Both the position numbers and the translations under genes were made by a program. Under the pieces are notes generated by a model. The model saw only the letters and a list, made by a program, of their open reading frames with translations, was not told where the DNA came from and searched no databases. From NCBI RefSeq assembly GCF_006345805.1, contig NW_021828221.1, positions 1-9,006 on the forward strand: 9,006 bases of DNA, written 5' to 3'. Source of the DNA: Octopus sinensis. Its lineage: Eukaryota. Position 1 is the first letter of the stretch. Each line of letters opens with the position of its first letter. This document shows, piece after piece, positions 6,997 through 9,006 of the stretch.

Positions 6997-7230
6997 CACT
7001 TCAGCATTGTAACTACACGCGGACTATTGCCGGATTTTTTCCTCCTCTTTCCTTTTGTTTTGGACTTCCTTGTGTTTCCGGTTTCCGAAGAAGAGCTATG
7101 GTCAAAATATAAAACAACCACTCTTTTCCTTCTCCGAGCGTCTTATTGATACTTTGCGTGTTCTACGTCCTCACGTTATTGTTTATGTTCTTGTCTTTTA
7201 CTCTACTTTTTCTCCGTTTTATTAATTAGC
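6997..7230 (+). mobile_element. Probable further PLE pLTR fragment between (TA)n tracts
   Basis: T-rich island with a highly degenerate hammerhead-like arrangement at 7081-7115. Confidence 0.35.
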
Positions 7231-7281
7231 TATATATATATATATGCATATATTTTATATGTATGTATGTATATATATATG

Positions 7282-7335
<54 letters not shown>

Positions 7336-7465
7336 TATGCTATATAATATATATATATATATGCATATATCTATATATATATATATATATGCGTTATCTA
7401 TATATATATATGTATAATATATATATATAATATGTTATATATAATATATATGTATATATATATTG

Positions 7466-7500
<35 letters not shown>

Positions 7501-7528
7501 GTATATATATAGATATATATATATAATG

Positions 7529-7560
<32 letters not shown>

Positions 7561-7713
7561 CAATATATGATTATATATACATATATATATATATATACAT
7601 ATACAGATATATATATACATATATATAGATATATATACATATATAGATATATATACATATATATATATCTATATACACATATATATATATACATATATAT
7701 TATATATATATAT

Positions 7714-7745
<32 letters not shown>

Positions 7746-7950
7746 CATATATAATATATACATATATATATATATACATATAATAATACATATATATATA
7801 TTATATTATATATACATATATATACATATACACACACACATATATATATATATACATACATACATACATACTTACGTACATACATACATACATACATACA
7901 TACATACATACATACATACATACATACATACATACATACATACATACATA
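7231..7950. repeat. ~620 bp interrupted (TA)n followed by (TACA)n
   Basis: TA tract to ~7852, then a TACA array to 7950. Confidence 0.97.
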
Positions 7951-8075
7951 CCGCAGCCCGCTTCCAGTTTCCGTTCACCAAATCTACTGATGAGGCTTCG
8001 TCACGGGCACACGGATTGGGACTGAACCGGATATCGTACAGCTGAGAAATAAATTTATTCCCAACCACACCTGCA
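7950..8075 (-). mobile_element. Old, internally deleted family-A SINE copy
   Basis: CAGTTTCCGTTCACCAAATCTACT aligns to the reverse complement of 2389-2413 (CAGCTTCCGTCTACCAAATCCACT). GGGACTGAACC reads as B-box-like GGTTCAGTCCC on the minus strand. Confidence 0.6.
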
Positions 8076-8332
8076 TGTAGCACTATATGTTACTATAAAG
8101 AAATTCGTGCCTGTATTTGAATGATGTTGAAAATCTTTAGAAGAAATCTTTAAAATAATGGTTTTGCATATTAATTTCAAATTCAAATTTCTAATCCCAC
8201 CAAATATTAGAAAGAAATAATTATCTCCCTTGCCGTAACTGTTCGATAGGGAACACTGCGTGTTTAACGTTAACAGTCATTTGCAGAAGAATCCACAGGT
8301 GGTCCTTTTTATATCGTTTGTCCTTTGTTTCA

Positions 8333-8389
8333 GTAATTAGGCTTCGGCCATGTAATTGGACGGCGGCCAAGTAATTGGACTGCGGCCAT
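8333..8389. repeat. 3 x 19-bp tandem repeat, likely within a minus-strand SINE tail fragment (~8305-8391)
   Basis: GTAATTAGGCTTCGGCCAT / GTAATTGGACGGCGGCCAA / GTAATTGGACTGCGGCCAT. Confidence 0.8.
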
Positions 8390-8441
8390 GGACCCAATAA
8401 TTTAATGATGAGACTCAAGAGTGGATAATAAAAAATGTGTT

Positions 8442-8459
8442 GATGATGATGATGATGAT
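8442..8459. repeat. Short (GAT)n
   Basis: Six GAT triplets. Confidence 0.8.
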
Positions 8460-8579
8460 AGGGAAAGTTAAGTCTTAGCTACAATATGTGTTAAGAAAAG
8501 AGGTGTTGGTTACGGTTAGATTGTCTTGCAACATGGCTCTGCTGCATGAGAATTGTTCTGGGAATTAACATGAACAAAC

Positions 8580-8671
8580 GACTGCAACAATAACAACAAT
8601 AGCTACGCACACCAATACTACAACCACTACAGTTACTACAACCACCAACAAAACTAATGCTGCTGCTGCTG

Positions 8672-8719
<48 letters not shown>

Positions 8720-9006
8720 ATACTACCACTGCTGCTGCTACTGCTACTACTAGTACTACTACTACTACTACAGGCACTACTAAAACTGCTGCTACTAGTA
8801 CTGCTATTACTACTACAAGCACCACTATCACCGCCGCCACAGCCACTACCATCATCATCATCGTCATCATCATCGTCATCATCATCATCATCATCATCGC
8901 TATCATCATCAATATCGTCATCATCATCATCATTATCATCATCATCATCGTCGTCGTCGTCGTCGTCGTCGTCATCATCGACATCATCGACATCATAGTC
9001 GTCATC
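8580..9006. repeat. Compound trinucleotide microsatellite (ACA/CTG/CTA/CCA then TCA/TCG), runs off the window
   Basis: In-phase triplet runs that produce the poly-L/poly-S and poly-M/poly-V ORFs. Confidence 0.95.

Noticed and set aside
7987-8010. CTGATGA followed by small hairpin GGC-TTC-GTC as a hammerhead
   Set aside because: No GAAA follows. The segment aligns to the reverse complement of the SINE body (CTCACAAGGCTTTGGTC), so the motif is a chance product of decay.
7398-8083. ORFs in the long (TA)n/(TACA)n tract
   Set aside because: Pure repeat translations.
8333-8389. CRISPR array
   Set aside because: Contiguous tandem units without spacers, eukaryotic context, no cas genes.
8565-9005. 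Poly-L/poly-S and poly-M/poly-V ORFs or a mucin exon
   Set aside because: Compound trinucleotide microsatellite with no independent coding evidence.

Overview
AT-rich eukaryotic non-coding DNA, not prokaryotic. The SINE and Penelope-like pieces resemble, from recall only, the abundant interspersed repeats of octopus/cephalopod genomes. No host protein-coding gene is confidently supported, and most listed ORFs are microsatellite read-throughs. The window is a patchwork of: (i) long di-, tri- and tetranucleotide microsatellites; (ii) pieces of two tRNA-derived SINE families; (iii) an ~880 bp minus-strand non-LTR retroelement fragment flanked by an exact 19-bp direct repeat inside a SINE head; (iv) Penelope-like element (PLE) remnants, including a decayed GIY-YIG endonuclease; and (v) a frame-preserving Gly/Cys-type minisatellite plus (GAT)n that forms a 296-aa ORF of doubtful coding status. 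The most interesting signal is a set of type I hammerhead-ribozyme folds (262-373, 6734-6781, weaker at 7081-7115). One of them has an unusually large structured stem II insert.
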